Assembly (NCBI GenBank): GCA_951406725.2
Contig: OX597818.1
Location: 95,232,001 to 95,296,000 of the forward strand
DNA: 64,000 bases
Reading direction: 5' to 3'
DNA from: Octopus vulgaris
Taxonomy: Eukaryota
The position numbers and the translations under genes are program-made. Below the pieces are notes generated by a model. The model was given only the letters and a program-made list of their open reading frames with translations. It did no database searches and was not told the DNA's origin. Below, in pieces: positions 13,635 through 27,181 of the stretch (position 1 is the stretch's first letter; the number at the start of each line of letters is the position of its first letter).

Positions 13635-14085
13635 AGTGCTGGGGTCGATGGTATTGACTAATATCCACCCTTCAAATTTGTTGGCCTTGTGCCTAAATTA
13701 GAAATCATTTTGTTAGGAGTGGGAATGGGAAAACAGGAAGTTGGTTTATTCATCATATCTTTACCATAGGCATTAACAAGGTAAGTGATGCAGTCTAAAT
13801 CTGCAAATGAAACTGTGCTGTCATGAACCTACCACCTATTCTACTGTATCACCCCCACTTTCCATTTACACAGAAGATACAAGCTGTCGAATTACTGAAC
13901 AGACAACAAAAGGTTTTTTTGTTTAAGGAGTGGTTTATCAGGTATTTATAGAGTGTGACCTACATAGTTTTAACTTTGGAATAATTTAATCAAAATGTAT
14001 GAGAGAAAAAATACTGAAGAATCTTTGTAAAAAGTCATGAGTTACCAACATTTGTGCTTACCTCATTCATACACATTCTTCTACT

Positions 14086-14118
<33 letters not shown>

Positions 14119-14154
14119 TACATGTATTATAAATGTCTATATAGATATTATAAA

Positions 14155-14190
<36 letters not shown>

Positions 14191-14193
<3 letters not shown>

Positions 14194-14475
14194 TTCACTG
14201 AGTTTACATATATACAGATACGAAGTCCAGGCAAATATCACCAGCCGACCGGTGTCTGCTACTCTAGGCCGATGAAGGACAATGATCCTGAAACACGGTG
14301 TCCCTAGATGCGGTTCCAGCGGTTGGGGGTGTTTGTCTCCCCTTCGTATATGTATATAAGGACACAGGGAAAAAAATGTGTCGAAGCTGTCAGGAGGCGT
14401 TCGATGCCTCCTAGGGCTATACAACGGTGGTGTACCCCCTACTGTCACGTTCTTGTTAGATTGACAGTATACAAC

Positions 14476-14480
<5 letters not shown>
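14191..14480 (+). mobile_element. About 290-bp CpG-rich element between two (TA)n tracts, Penelope pLTR-like
   Basis: Bounded by (TA)n at 14159-14190 and 14481-14512. Contains the hammerhead and a second hairpin, AGGAGGC-gttcgat-GCCTCCT. Confidence 0.55.
14263..14308 (+). ncRNA. Type I hammerhead ribozyme motif (U4C variant)
   Basis: TCTAGG-CCGATGA-AGGA caatga TCCT-GAAAC acggt GTC-CCTAGA: perfect 6-bp stem I, 4-bp stem II, short stem III, predicted cleavage after C14302. Confidence 0.8.
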
Positions 14481-14515
<35 letters not shown>

Positions 14516-14841
14516 ATAGATAGATAGATAGATAGACAGAGAGAGAGAGAGTTGCCTCTGTGTGTCTGCTCTTTTATTTAGAAACTACAAAATGACCATC
14601 CACAAAACCATATCTTCTATCTTTTACTTGTTTCAGGCTTTGGAATATGGCCATGCTGGGGCACCACGTTGAAGGGGTTTAGTCAAACAAATTGATCCAA
14701 CACTTAATTTTAAGTCTGTTGCTTATTCTATCAGTCTATTTTTGCTGACATATAAACAAACCAACACCAATTGTCAAGTAGTGGTGGGGGACAAATACAC
14801 ACACACACATATATGTATGTATGTATGTGTGTGAATGTATG

Positions 14842-14872
<31 letters not shown>

Positions 14873-14875
14873 GTG

Positions 14876-14912
<37 letters not shown>

Positions 14913-15372
14913 TTATATGTATATCAAAAGGATGTGTTATAATACTATTCCACAGCTATACCAACAATTCAACATATCTCCATCATCAGCTGCCCCACGG
15001 ATATCATTATGGTTTTGACACCTGGGCAGTACCATTTAATCTGGCAGTGTCAACAGCACTAAAATAAGTGTTGTTTGGGAACTAAGAAACCAAAGAAACC
15101 ACAACTTCAAACACATTTACCCAATGTACAACCGTATCAATAAATAAATTCCATAAGTAAATTACAACCCCTCTAAATATGTAACTAAAAAGTGACAATT
15201 CTATGAAGTCATAAAAAATTACATTTATGAATGTATGTATATATATATATATGTGTGTGTGTGTAAGTATGTGTATGCATATGTAGGTGTATGCATATGT
15301 AGGTGAAATAAAACGAGACAACAAAGCCAAGGCAGTCTGAAAGTTCTAGGACATTTTATAAAGAAAAGGGTA

Positions 15373-15420
15373 GTCTTACAGCTGTTTCAGGGATATAAAA
15401 GATATCCCATCATCAGAAAT
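15373..15420 (-). ncRNA. Minimal hammerhead ribozyme motif
   Basis: Minus strand reads attt-CTGATGA-tGGGATATcttttATATCCCt-GAAAC-AGCT-GTA-agac. Confidence 0.75.
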
Positions 15421-15596
15421 GATATGAGAGAGTTAAATAGAAGGAAATAGTAGAGTTCAATATAAGAAGTTATTTTGGAGAGGGAGAGATATTGGAGATA
15501 TAAAGGGAAATATTTATATTTCCTACATCTCTCCCTCTCCAAAATAACTTTTTATATTGAACTCTACTATTTCTTTCTATTCAACTCTCTCATATC

Positions 15597-15644
15597 GTCT
15601 CTGATGATGGGATATCTTTTATATCCCTGAAACAACTGTAAAAC
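15597..15644 (+). ncRNA. Minimal hammerhead ribozyme motif
   Basis: gtct-CTGATGA-tGGGATATcttttATATCCCt-GAAAC-aact-GTA-aaac. The consensus of the two arms restores stem I GTCT/AGAC and the palindrome AGCT. Confidence 0.72.
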
Positions 15645-16539
15645 TACCCTTCTCTTTATAAAATGTCCTAAAACTTTTGCATTGCTTTGGCTTTGTTGTC
15701 TCATTTTAGTTAACCTATACATGCTCACACATGGCCTGCATTTGACTCATCACCAGTGGCAGCTCATAGATAAAATTAGTTGAGATGCTGCTTCAGAAAA
15801 TGTTTAGCTGTTGTTTTAGTAGGAAACAAACATATAGGAAGAAAGTTTATACATAAATTTGATCGATTCGCATTTTAGCCGCTGCCGAGTAGTGTGTTTA
15901 ATTTATTCACTGAACACCACCACAAATTCGCCCTCCTTTTTCAAAAATCCCCCTTTGCCCCCCACAAATGACAAAATAAAGGAGGGGGGAATGTGCCTTA
16001 TTTTTCAAATCCTGGCAGCAACACTGAAACTGGAAGCAGGATAATAATCTAATTCTACACTTTATTACATTCAAGAATATAAACACATTTTTAAGCACAA
16101 CACACGTGGAGTCAAAAAGAAACACTAACTTTCACCAGAACACAAAGGTCAGCACTGTCATTCATGCACTGCTCTCTCTTCCTATCTTGGACATGTGAGC
16201 ATGCACACAACAGCCAAACACTGTCGCTGGAACTGAAGTGCATGGTTCTATACAAGGATATTTGTATTTTTTTCATAAACTAGGGGATGACTACTGACAT
16301 TAAGCTTAAGGATTATATAATGTACAAGTATAAAGAAAGAATTAAAGAAAAAAGGACTCATAACATTGAATGTTATCGATAATATCAAGTGGAAATAGGG
16401 TGTGCTGCAGTTCCGCAGTGCCTATACACAAGCTGCCACTGCTCCTCACTCATACTATTATCGAACCAGGAGTCTAACAGTGTTCTTTCCAAAGCACTTA
16501 CATAGCCTTTTGAATCTTATGGATACCAACCTCCTCCAC

Positions 16540-16935
16540 CTGGCTCATTCCCCTGCTCTCACCCATGCTGCCACACTTGCTCCTACCTCTCCAACCATCC
16601 TCACAGGAACCCATCATCATCCCTATCATATCACTGACTCCTTTACCTGCACTTCTAGCAACATCATTTACTGCATCTCCTGCTCTGTCTGCCCTACTCT
16701 GTACATCAGTCAAACAGGAGGCTGCTTGGCTGACCAGTTCATGGAGCACCTCTGAGACATTAGACTCAGCAATGACACCCCGGTCTTGTAACATTTCTAC
16801 TCTACCAGTCATTCATTATAACACTTGTCTGTGTTCAGATTGTCTTTGCATGGGGGTCATCCGGACTCCTACCTTCTCTAAGAACAGAAATTAATCTTCT
16901 CTCTTCACTCCTTTGTGCCACATGGGGGCAACCCC
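16540..16935 (+). mobile_element. Penelope-like element GIY-YIG endonuclease fragment (degenerate)
   Basis: ITDSFTCTSSNIIYCISCSVCPTLYISQTGGCLADQFMEHL matches the PLE endonuclease pattern NvIYxIxCxxCxxxYIGqTgrxLxxRfxEH; several stops follow. Confidence 0.85.
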
Positions 16936-18266
16936 CCTCCCCTTTTCATCTGACACCTACTTCTCTTTACTCCTACCCACCTCTCCTCTCTTGTCTTGAC
17001 ACCTACTTCCTCTCTTCACTCCTACCCACCTTCTCTCTTCATTCATACCCCCTCCATCTACCCCCACATACCCCATCCTCCACCCCCACAAGACAAAGAC
17101 AAAGAATCCACAACTGAGGGAGGAGTAGTATTGAGAGAAGTGGCTTTGTGCCAGTAACCAAAAGGGAAACTTCTATGGGGTAGCTCAACTTGCTAAAAAT
17201 AGCTGCCAACTCACATACAAATCACACCTTACTGTTTTATGTTTGTATTAGCCAATGTGGGGACCACTACATAACCGTTAGACTTGCTAGTAGTAGTAGT
17301 AGCCAAATCTCTCAAATTACACCCTACTTCTCTTTTGCATAAAAGTTGTGCAACTCTGTTCTTAGTAACACTATTTCTGATGAGGCCTATACACCTTTTC
17401 CTCTTCACGATTCTTTTATTTTTCACTTTTCTGTCTTTGTATTTTGGTATTTCTTGACACAGTGCAAAGGTCATGTCAAAACATGAACTATAGAATGACA
17501 TAAGATTCTGTCACCTGTCACTCCCGACTAAATGTTTGAACAAATAATAAAAAAAAAAACGGGCCAGGGTACTGCAGGAGTTATTTCCCTTGCAACGTTT
17601 TTACCGTGCAAGACTGCTGTATGTATTTACCTATATATTATCTAACAACAACTTTGGTTATGATTATTAATTCAATACCTCTATCACTTTTCAACATGCT
17701 TATAAAATATATAAAAAGGACAGAGCTGCGCACCTGATTCTCAAAAATATTTTTTCAAGCTCAGAATTATCAAACCGTGGAATAAACTACCCACACCAGT
17801 AAGCTGTCTGGACAATGCATCCTTCAAAAATTCCATGGTTCTTGAAAGTTACCAACACTATTTCTGATGTGCTTATGCACCTTTTCTTCTTCTTCACGAC
17901 TCTTTTACAGTTCACTTTTCTGTCTTTGTAGTTTGGTATGTCTACTGGGCATGTACTTTTAACTACCATTGCTGTGTTTCTTTGACTTATTGCTGCTTTC
18001 TAAACCCTTTTTTTACCCTTTTCCATCCAGTTGTGATGCATCTGAGCACTGTATACAATAAGCTCAATCATTATCATTATTATTAAGGTGGCAAACTGGC
18101 AGAATCGTTAGTACACCGTGCAAAATGCTTAACATCATTTTGTCTCACCTTATGCTTTGAGTTCAAATTCCACCAAGGTAGACTTTGTCTTTCATCCTTT
18201 TGGGGTCAATGTCATCAACTAACCTCCCCCAAAGTTTCAAGCTTTGTGCCTATTGCAGAAAGGATT

Positions 18267-18637
18267 ATTACCTCTTTTTTAACAAAGGCAGAGATATTGT
18301 TTTCAGTCGTGTTTGTTCGTTTATTTGTTTGTCCAGACACAAGATATCTCAAGAACTGCTGGATGGATTCAGATGAAACTTTCAGGGATGTTTGGCCTCA
18401 TGACTGACACAAACTGATTAGATTTGGGGATAGATCCTGTACTGGACAAAGATTCTGGATTATTTTTCCTGTTTTTTTACTTAATTTTTGAGAGTGGTCA
18501 GATTCATTTTTAGTATTCTCGTTTGTGAGAGCAGTCAAGTTTATTTCAGATATTCTCATTTTAAAAATCATCTCTGGCTAATCGTTGAGAGGACACTGGT
18601 GTTGCCTTGGTGGAGGTTTGCGCTCTCTGAGCGCTCA
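18267..18637 (+). mobile_element. Helentron-associated non-autonomous element (HINE/DINE-like)
   Basis: TTACCTC.. start, GTTT microsatellite, GATGAAACTTTCAGG core, end GGTGGAGGTTTGCGCTCTCTGAGCGC (subterminal IR plus hairpin). Confidence 0.65.
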
Positions 18638-21600
18638 TTATTATTACTACTACTACTATTATTATTATTATTATTATTAAGGTGGTCAGCTGGAAGAATG
18701 CATAGTGACTTTTGTTTTGGCTCTTTACATTCTGAGTTCAAATTCTGCTGAGGTCAACTTTGCCTTTCATCTTTTCAGAGTTGACAAGCCAAGTACCAGT
18801 TGGGCACTGGAGATGATGTAATCAACTGATTACCTCTCCTTAAAGTTGCTGGCCTTGTGCCAAAATTTGAAACCATTAAGGCAGAAAGCTGGCAGAATCT
18901 TTAGCACCTGAGACAAAATGCTTAGTGGCATTTCTTCAGGCTCTTTATACTCCGAGTTCAAATTCTGCTGGGGTTGACGTCACCTTTCATGCCTTCAGGG
19001 TTGATAAAATAAGCACCAGTTGAGCACTGGTATCAATGAAATCAACTAACCTTCCCTTGCCCAAAATTAGTAGAAATTTTATCCATGATAAATTTTGTTA
19101 TTGGTCTGTTTTAGATGAGGTCTGACATGAGGCAAAACAGCTGCTGCTAATGGACAATACATTATGAGCATTATCACATTTACAAAATTATTTTTGTAAG
19201 AAAAAACTTATGTTCACTAAATAGCTATGTTGATATTACAAAGGCCAGTAATTTTTTGTAAATGACATTCACTGTGGACTGGGATGTTCCAGTGTTTAAT
19301 GTTCTTCACTAGAAACACAGTGCAGAGGTCATGTCAGAACACGAACCATCGAATAACAAGATTCTGTCACCTGTCACTCCTGACTAAATGTTTGGGCAAA
19401 TAAAGAAACGGATCAAGGCACTGCAGGAGTTATTTCCCTTGCAAGGTTTTTACCGTGCACTAGCGTCGTCATCATCACCATGATCGTTTAACGTCCGCTT
19501 TCCATGCTAGCATGGGTTGGACGATTTGACTGAGGTCTGGCAAACCAGATGGCTGCACCAGGCTTCAATCTTGATCTGGCAGTTTCTACAGCTGGATGCC
19601 CTTCCTAACGCCAACCACTCCGAGAGTGTAGTGGGTACTTTTACGTGCCACCAGCACGAGGGCCAGTCAGTCAGGCAGTACTGTAATGGCTACACTCAAA
19701 TGGTGCTTTTTATGTGCCCCCTGCACAGGAGCCAGTCCAGCGGCACTGGCAACGACCTCGCTCGAATGTTTTTTTTTCACGTGCCACCAGCACAGGTGCC
19801 AGTAAGGTGACGCAGATAACAATCACGCTTGAATGAGGCTTTTTATGTGACACAGGTACGGAAACCAGTTTGTTGCTCTGGCTCAGATGGTATTCTTAGC
19901 ACTCCACTAGCACAGATACCAGTCATCGAATTTGGTTTCGATTTCCTCAACAGGTCTTTGCAAGCAGAGTTTAGTGTCCAATGAAGGAAAGGTACACATA
20001 AGTGGGCTGGTTACACCCCTGGCATAAGCCATGAGATCTACCTATATACATACATACATACACAATCTGAAAGTTAAGGAGAGGAACGTAAGCACTTATA
20101 ATTAGTTCGATGAAACAACAAATTTCAATCGATCAAATTCTCCTTTATTTTTAAAAATAGGATCATATTTTGAAGCTCCAAAATGTTAGGAAGCATTTAC
20201 AGTCAAAATGAGATGTTTACAACTAGAATTGACCAAATGAAGCTCAGACAAAAAATGACCAAATGAATATCTCAGACCTGTCACATGGGCCTGTTCAAAC
20301 AGAGCTAACAGATCATTTTTCAACATTCTCCTGGCAATGTCTCACACAGACAAAAACTATTAAATGTGTTTACATGCCTGTTTTGTTAAGTCTCGTTAAT
20401 ATCTTGATATTCTAAAAGACTTTAGTCGTAGATCCTTCCACTCTTTGTGGAGCATCAGAAAACAAATGGTCCCTATCCAGTACAATTATAAACTTTTTTA
20501 TGAACCTTCTCCTAGGTCAGGCCCAAATCTGCCAGGTCTGCTTCACCTCCTCTCTGTTTTTCAATCAAGAGAGGCTCTCTCTGGTCTCTGGAATGTATAA
20601 CATATAGCTGAGCATCTTCCTGTCTCACAACAATAGTATCCTGTAGGTTACTCAGCCTGGCCTTTTCCTGACTTCTACTATCATGATGTAGGTTCATGCT
20701 AAGGAATTCAGTTTGGTCCTAAGGCAATGTCTGTGCAAGCCATCTGCAGTTCTAAATTCTGCAGATCTTTTTTTATTTCTCCCAGACATAGTTCAGCATG
20801 AAGGTAAATATATTCAGATGGAGATTGGTGCCTTGATTAGTGAAGGAGTTGGACAATACAGGCTTCAGGCACTGGAAGAAAGCCCACAGCTTTGTTGAGT
20901 CTCTTCTCCTCATCACTTTATGAGTTTCATCATTTGTAATGATACTTCCCTAGCTTTAAGTATTATCACTAGATGTTACCAAGAAATATAATTGCTGTGG
21001 AGTGCAGGTCTTCTTGAGTACAGCAAGGCACCGGGCATCTTGGTCCTTTGTCATCTCGCCTGAAAGGTACAGTATCCTGAGGTTGTTCTTCAGTACTTTA
21101 TTCCATGTCTTCTTGGGTCTCCCACTTCCACAGGTTCTATTTACTTTGAGATCTGCACTTCTTTGTGGAGCTGTCAGCATCCATCTGCAATATTAAATAC
21201 GTAAAGATTAAAACCAGGTAGCAAGGTCCAAAATATTTATGTAAACAAAACTGAATGTTACAGTGATGTTACAGAGTTGATGGAACCAAACTTTAAATTT
21301 CTATTTATTTTTACATCAAACTTACCATTTTGTAGGATTACTACTTGTATTTTGGTTTTCTTTCAAATCTGTTCGTTTCTGTTAGGCATCTTCATCAAAT
21401 TAGCTTGGCAGATTATTTCTCCTTTTCTGCATAATATATACCACCATGACTGACCAGGCTATCAGATATTGCTACACATCGCTGGTCACAATGCGCTTCA
21501 CATTGTTTTAGCCTTCAAATGACGCCACCCCGCTGGCTAAGCGAGCAGGCCAACAGAAGAAAGAGTGAGAGAAAGTTGTGATGAAAGAGTACAGCAGGGA

Positions 21601-24600
21601 TTGCCACTACCCCCTGGAGCTTTAGCTGTTTTCACTCAATAAACACTCACAATGCCCAGTCTGTGAATCGAAACCACGATCCTATGACTGCGAGTCCGCT
21701 GCCCTAACCACTGGGCCATTCAAGTCCATATATATATATTTATATTTATGTATATAGTTATAATTCAAGTTTAGATTTAAATTTAAAATTTAAACTGTGT
21801 TTTGGGTATGTCCCTAGTAGTATGCCAGCAGAGCACATTCACTGCATATGGCTACCTGGTGTCGTCCACAGTAATTGCACAATCATTGCTGGATCTACAT
21901 TGGGAATTTCTCTGTGCACATTGGGTTTAGTAGAAACAATTGATACGGAAGATAGAGTATAGTGGAAACTTTATTTATCACAATGATCATGCTGGATGTG
22001 TCAAAATGATTGTTGTGATAAAGTTTCCAATATATTCTATCCTCCGTATCAACTGTTTCTACTATATATATATATATATATATCAAGGACCTATTGTCAG
22101 AAAATATATGACTTCAAATACAGTTTCATTGACAGACAAAATTCTTGTCTCAGTCTATAGCATTTGCCAGTTTCCTACAATATCTACTAATTGCTATTCA
22201 CTACTCGAATAGTGATCCATGCTGTACTAAATTATCCAACAATATTACATATTGTTCAGTGTATATTCATCTGCTTAGCATTCCATAATGTCCTTATTTC
22301 TATTGATATCACCCACTGCAGTGTCTCATTATCACCTACTAACATACCAAATTGATCAATAACCAACTATATTCCTCGTTTTTATCCAGGACACTGTCAT
22401 TGAAGTTCTCTTACTATCACTCGCTGTTGTATATAATACTAAATATAGTTCAATAACTTGCAATTATAATGTACTGATCTATTTATCAGAAACCAATAAC
22501 AACTGGAATCGAAGTAAAGGAAACAAAAAACACCTGTTCATCTGCTCCACTCTCTTGTTAACAGTAAACAACCCTGGGATCAATAATGCTGTGTATATAT
22601 TATACACACATATATATATGTATAATTGTTTAATATGTCTGAGTGGTTGGTACATTAAACGTGCACTGAACGATGGACTTGAATACTGTTCAATGGGTCA
22701 AACTAACAATTAATATTCTTTGTGACTATTTTAAGACAGCGAGCTGGCAGAATTGTTAGCATGCCTGGCAAGATGCTAAGTGGCATTTCGTCTGTCTTTA
22801 CATTCTGAGTTCAAATTCTGCTGTGATTAACTTTACCTTTCATCCTTTCAGGGTCAATAAACTAAGTACCAGTTGAGCACTGGGGATCAATGTAATCAAC
22901 TTGCCTCCTTCCCCAAAGTTGCTGGCCTTGTGCCAAAAAACTTGAAATTATTACCGGTGACTATTTTTGTTTGTTTCACTATTGAAAAAAGGCATCCTAA
23001 AAAGGTAGCACATATAATTTTTCTTTTACTTGTTTCAGTCATTTGACTGTGACCATACTGAAGCACTGCCTTTAGTCAAATAAATCAACTCCAGGGATTA
23101 TTCTTTGTAAGCCTAATATTTATTCTATCATTCTTTTTTGCCAAACCGCTAAGTTATGGGGACGTAAACATCAGTTGTCAAGTGATGAAGGGGTGGGGGA
23201 CAAACACAGACACACAAATACATACATATATATATATATATATATATGTATACACACACACACACACAACGGGCTTCTTTCAGTTTCCGTGTACCAAATC
23301 CACACACAAGGCTTTGGTTAGCCTGAGGCTATAGTAGAAGACACTTGTCCAACGTGCCATGCAGTGGAACTGAACCCAGAACCATGTGGCTGGGAAGCAA
23401 GCTTCTTACCACACAGCCACTCCTGCACACATATATATATATCTTTTACTTGTTTCATTCATGGGACTGCAGCTATGTTGGGGCACTGCTTTGAAAGAAT
23501 TAGTCAAATAAATTATCCCCTAATACTTATCCCATCAGTCTCTTTTGCCAAACCACTAAGTTACAAGAACGTAGACAAACTGACACTAATTGTCAAACAG
23601 TGGTGGGGGGACAAACACAAACACACACAACACATAAGGCATGGCTGTGTGGTAAGAAGCTTGTTTCCCAACCACATGGCTCTGGATTCAGTCCCACTGT
23701 GTGGCAGCTTAAGCTAGTGTCTTCTACAATAACCTTGGGCCAGCCAAAGCCTTGTGAGTGGATTTGGTAGTCGGTAACTGAAAGAAGCTGTCATATGTAT
23801 GTGTGTGTCTTTGTTTGTCCCCCATCACCATTTGACAACCGGTGTTGGTGTGTTTATGTCCTTGTAACTTAGCAGTTAGAATAAGTACTAGGCTTTAAAA
23901 AAAATAAGCCCTGGGGTCGATTTGTTGACTAAAACCCTTCAAGGTGGTGCTCCAGCATGGCTGCAGTCAAATGACTGAAACAAGTAAAAGAATGTATACA
24001 ATGGACTTCCTCAAAGTTTCCATCAACCAAATTCACTCACAAGACATTAGTTAGCCAAAAGTTATAGAATATACATGACCAGGGTGCTGACAGGTGGAAC
24101 TGAACCCAGAACCATGTGGTTGCAAAGTGAGCTTCTTAACTATACTGCCATACATGTGTTCCTTTTAAAATCAGGGTACAATTAATGCTTTTCCAGATAT
24201 AATTTCCTGAAATAATCTCTTTAATGGCTTGGGGCAACAGACAGCAGAAAGGGAAGCTAGATTCAATCCTATTACAGACTTTTATTAACCCCATCATGGT
24301 GGTTCGATCTGACACTACAAAGAGAGAGATGAAGCTAAATACTGTTAAGGCTTGAAGCTAGAATTTAACCATTTCTGTCATCATCTTTTATTTATTTAAA
24401 TGACTTTTTAACAGCTGCAAGGCCGCAGCATTTGTGATAAGGTTTTAGATGGTGTTAGGAAGGGCATCCAGCCATAAAACCCCTGCCAAAACAAACACAG
24501 AAGTCTGGTGCAGGCTCTTGCCTGGCCTGCATCTGTCATATTGTCTAATTCATGCCAGCATTGAAGGCAGACAATAAATGGTGATGATGGTGATGATATC

Positions 24601-27181
24601 AACCTCTCTATTTGACACATACTTATTATATGAAATAGTTATGAGACTCATGCATGGCCTACTGTGTTACAGCATTAGCAAATGAAGAAATTTATAAATG
24701 GCTGCTCAAACTGTTGAAAATAGCAACCAAATCTTTCTCAAATCACAACTTACCATAAAGAAAAAAGATGCGTTAGATAAGGTATTCTTAGATAAACAAT
24801 GTCTGGAAAAAATAGGAAAAGTTTAGTTGGAATGTTATTGATCATGGATCTACTTACTTAGGACTCATTAGTGCTAAGCAGCAAAAAGCATTTACTACAT
24901 CAATCCCAGAAAAATTAAGTACAATGTCTACCTTAGCTAGATTTGAACTTTGAACACAACAGAATGTAACGAAACATCAGAAACAATTTAATGTGTCACT
25001 AATATTTCTATTAGTTAGTTCAAAGATGGTGAGCTGGCAGAATTGTTAGCACACTGGACAAAATGCTTACATTCTGAGTTCAAATTCTGCCAAGGTTGAC
25101 TTTGCCTTTTGTCTTTTCAGGGTTGATAAACTGAGTACCAGTTGAGTAATAGGGTCGAAGTAATCGACTTAACCTCTCACCTGAAATTACTGACCTTGTA
25201 CTAAAATTTGAAACCAATATTTCTGTTAGCTTCACCAGCTTGTCACAGGATCTCTGGAATAACATTACTCGGCAAGATTGGATAGTTTCTCCAAGGTGAG
25301 CTGCTACTTTTCCTTATTGAAAGGCCATAGCACTGGTACTATGGGGACATGTGGTCAGAATGCCACAGGAAAAGATTGCAAAATAGGTCTCCTACTGGCT
25401 GGCTTAACTGAAAGAATCTAAGAGTAGACCATGAGTAAGCTGACCAGATAATATCCTGTCTCCATTGGTCATGCTTGAGAATCTAGCAGGAAAGTGTAAT
25501 GCTGGTTGCTTCTGACAGGATCCTATGAAGGCCTTAGAGTCCTCAAGCCTTCCAAGAATAGTAGGTGGAGAAGATGGATGGAAGGAAGGACCTTGATTCA
25601 AAGTGAGAGTGAATCATGTCTTCCGACAATTCATCTTCTCTGAGTCCACTGGACATATAGCCAACACTATGAGCTAACAAAAGCTCTCATTAATTGCACA
25701 GCATTCCTCCTGTTTTTAGTGGTGAGAAGTTTCTACTTGACGTACTAATATACAGTTAGGCAAATTGATTCAGACAGAGTTTTATGTAATGTACACTATG
25801 CAGGTCAGGAATTGGCAACTTCATCTTGTAATAGTCCACTTCTAAAGTTTTCTTGTTTTTTTTTCATTTGCCCAAGGCTCACATCACCATAATTTTAATG
25901 ACCACTTTTCCATGCTCAAATGGGCCAGACAGAATTTGTCATGGCAGATCTTCTACAGCTGAATGCCCTTCTTGTTGTAAACTCTCACCCATTCCTAAGT
26001 AAGGTAGTATTTTCCCATGGCCAGACATGTTTTCATGGAAAATTGGAAATGATGGACACAGCTTATTTGATAGTGACACTCTTTACCTCTGATTTATGAC
26101 TGTGATTGTTCATACTGTAGTTGATAATATTGTTGTTAGTGCTGTTCTCTACATTTGAGCCTGCAGTGTTTGGAATTAACTCTTTTTCTTCCTTCCTCTC
26201 TGTTGTGTGTATGTATATGTATGTGAATGATTGTGAATGCTTATGAGCATCTGTATCTGCCTGCATGAGTATGAAAGGGCATAGCCTCCTCTGCATCTCT
26301 CACATCAATTTTTATGTATTTACTACCTGTGCCCTGTATTTCACCATTCAGGTGATGGTGTGCATATTGAAGAATATATCGAACAAACTTAACACAATAC
26401 TTTATATCTTCTTGCCAAAACACTGATAAGGTGAATCAATAAGATAATATCAACTCACCAAATGACTGTGTCATCTTGTCATTTGATTTACTGAAATATG
26501 TGTATGTTTTATAAAGCTTAAATACCAAACATATACTTTGTATTTTATTAATACTGTTACTTGGTTTATATTCCACACATTAGTCTATCCCATAATTTGG
26601 TACTCCATGTCTAACCATATAGGATACAGGAATGTGTGTGTGTGTCTGCTATTGTGTCATGTGTAATAGTTGTATGTCCTCATGCTTATTACTTACTTTT
26701 CCTTTCAATTAATTGATGTTCTTACATTTCAAGTTGCTTGCTGCAGTTAAATAAATAACTGAAAGACATTATTTTCAAGAATATGGCTCAAAAGTATCCA
26801 AAGATGCAATTTTCTGTAACATGATAGTGACAATGATATACAGTAAATAACACCTCCTTACATATGACACTACTTCCCCAGACCAAGAAAATGATTACCC
26901 AGTAACATTAAAGACATGCTGCTAAAAAAATTCTTTCACTATCCACTGGGACAGGTTGCTGAAAGCCTTTCCCTTATTGATTACAAAATACCAAACCTTC
27001 AAGTTATATAAAAACCTTCATATACAAAAAAAAAAAAGAAAGAAAACGAAAACAACAACCTGAGAGATTAAAATTTGTTTTAGTTTTTTTTTGTCTGTAA
27101 TTCATAATTATGTAATAAAGTCCTGTGTAGAAAATTGATGTAGAAAAATAAAATTCTTAGAATGTACTGAAGTGTTAATGT

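Larger units (their letters stand above)
15293..15723. repeat. Fold-back inverted repeat, arms about 15293-15490 and 15527-15723
   Basis: Arms are reverse complements with scattered mismatches; next to a TA/TG microsatellite. Confidence 0.92.

Noticed and set aside
17370-17400. CTGATGAGGCC
   Set aside because: No downstream GAAA or stem; part of a local duplicate of 17855-17940.
22115-22166. Minus-strand hairpin ending GAAAC-t-GTA-tttg near a TA tract
   Set aside because: No recognisable CUGANGA box; may be a decayed relic but cannot be supported.
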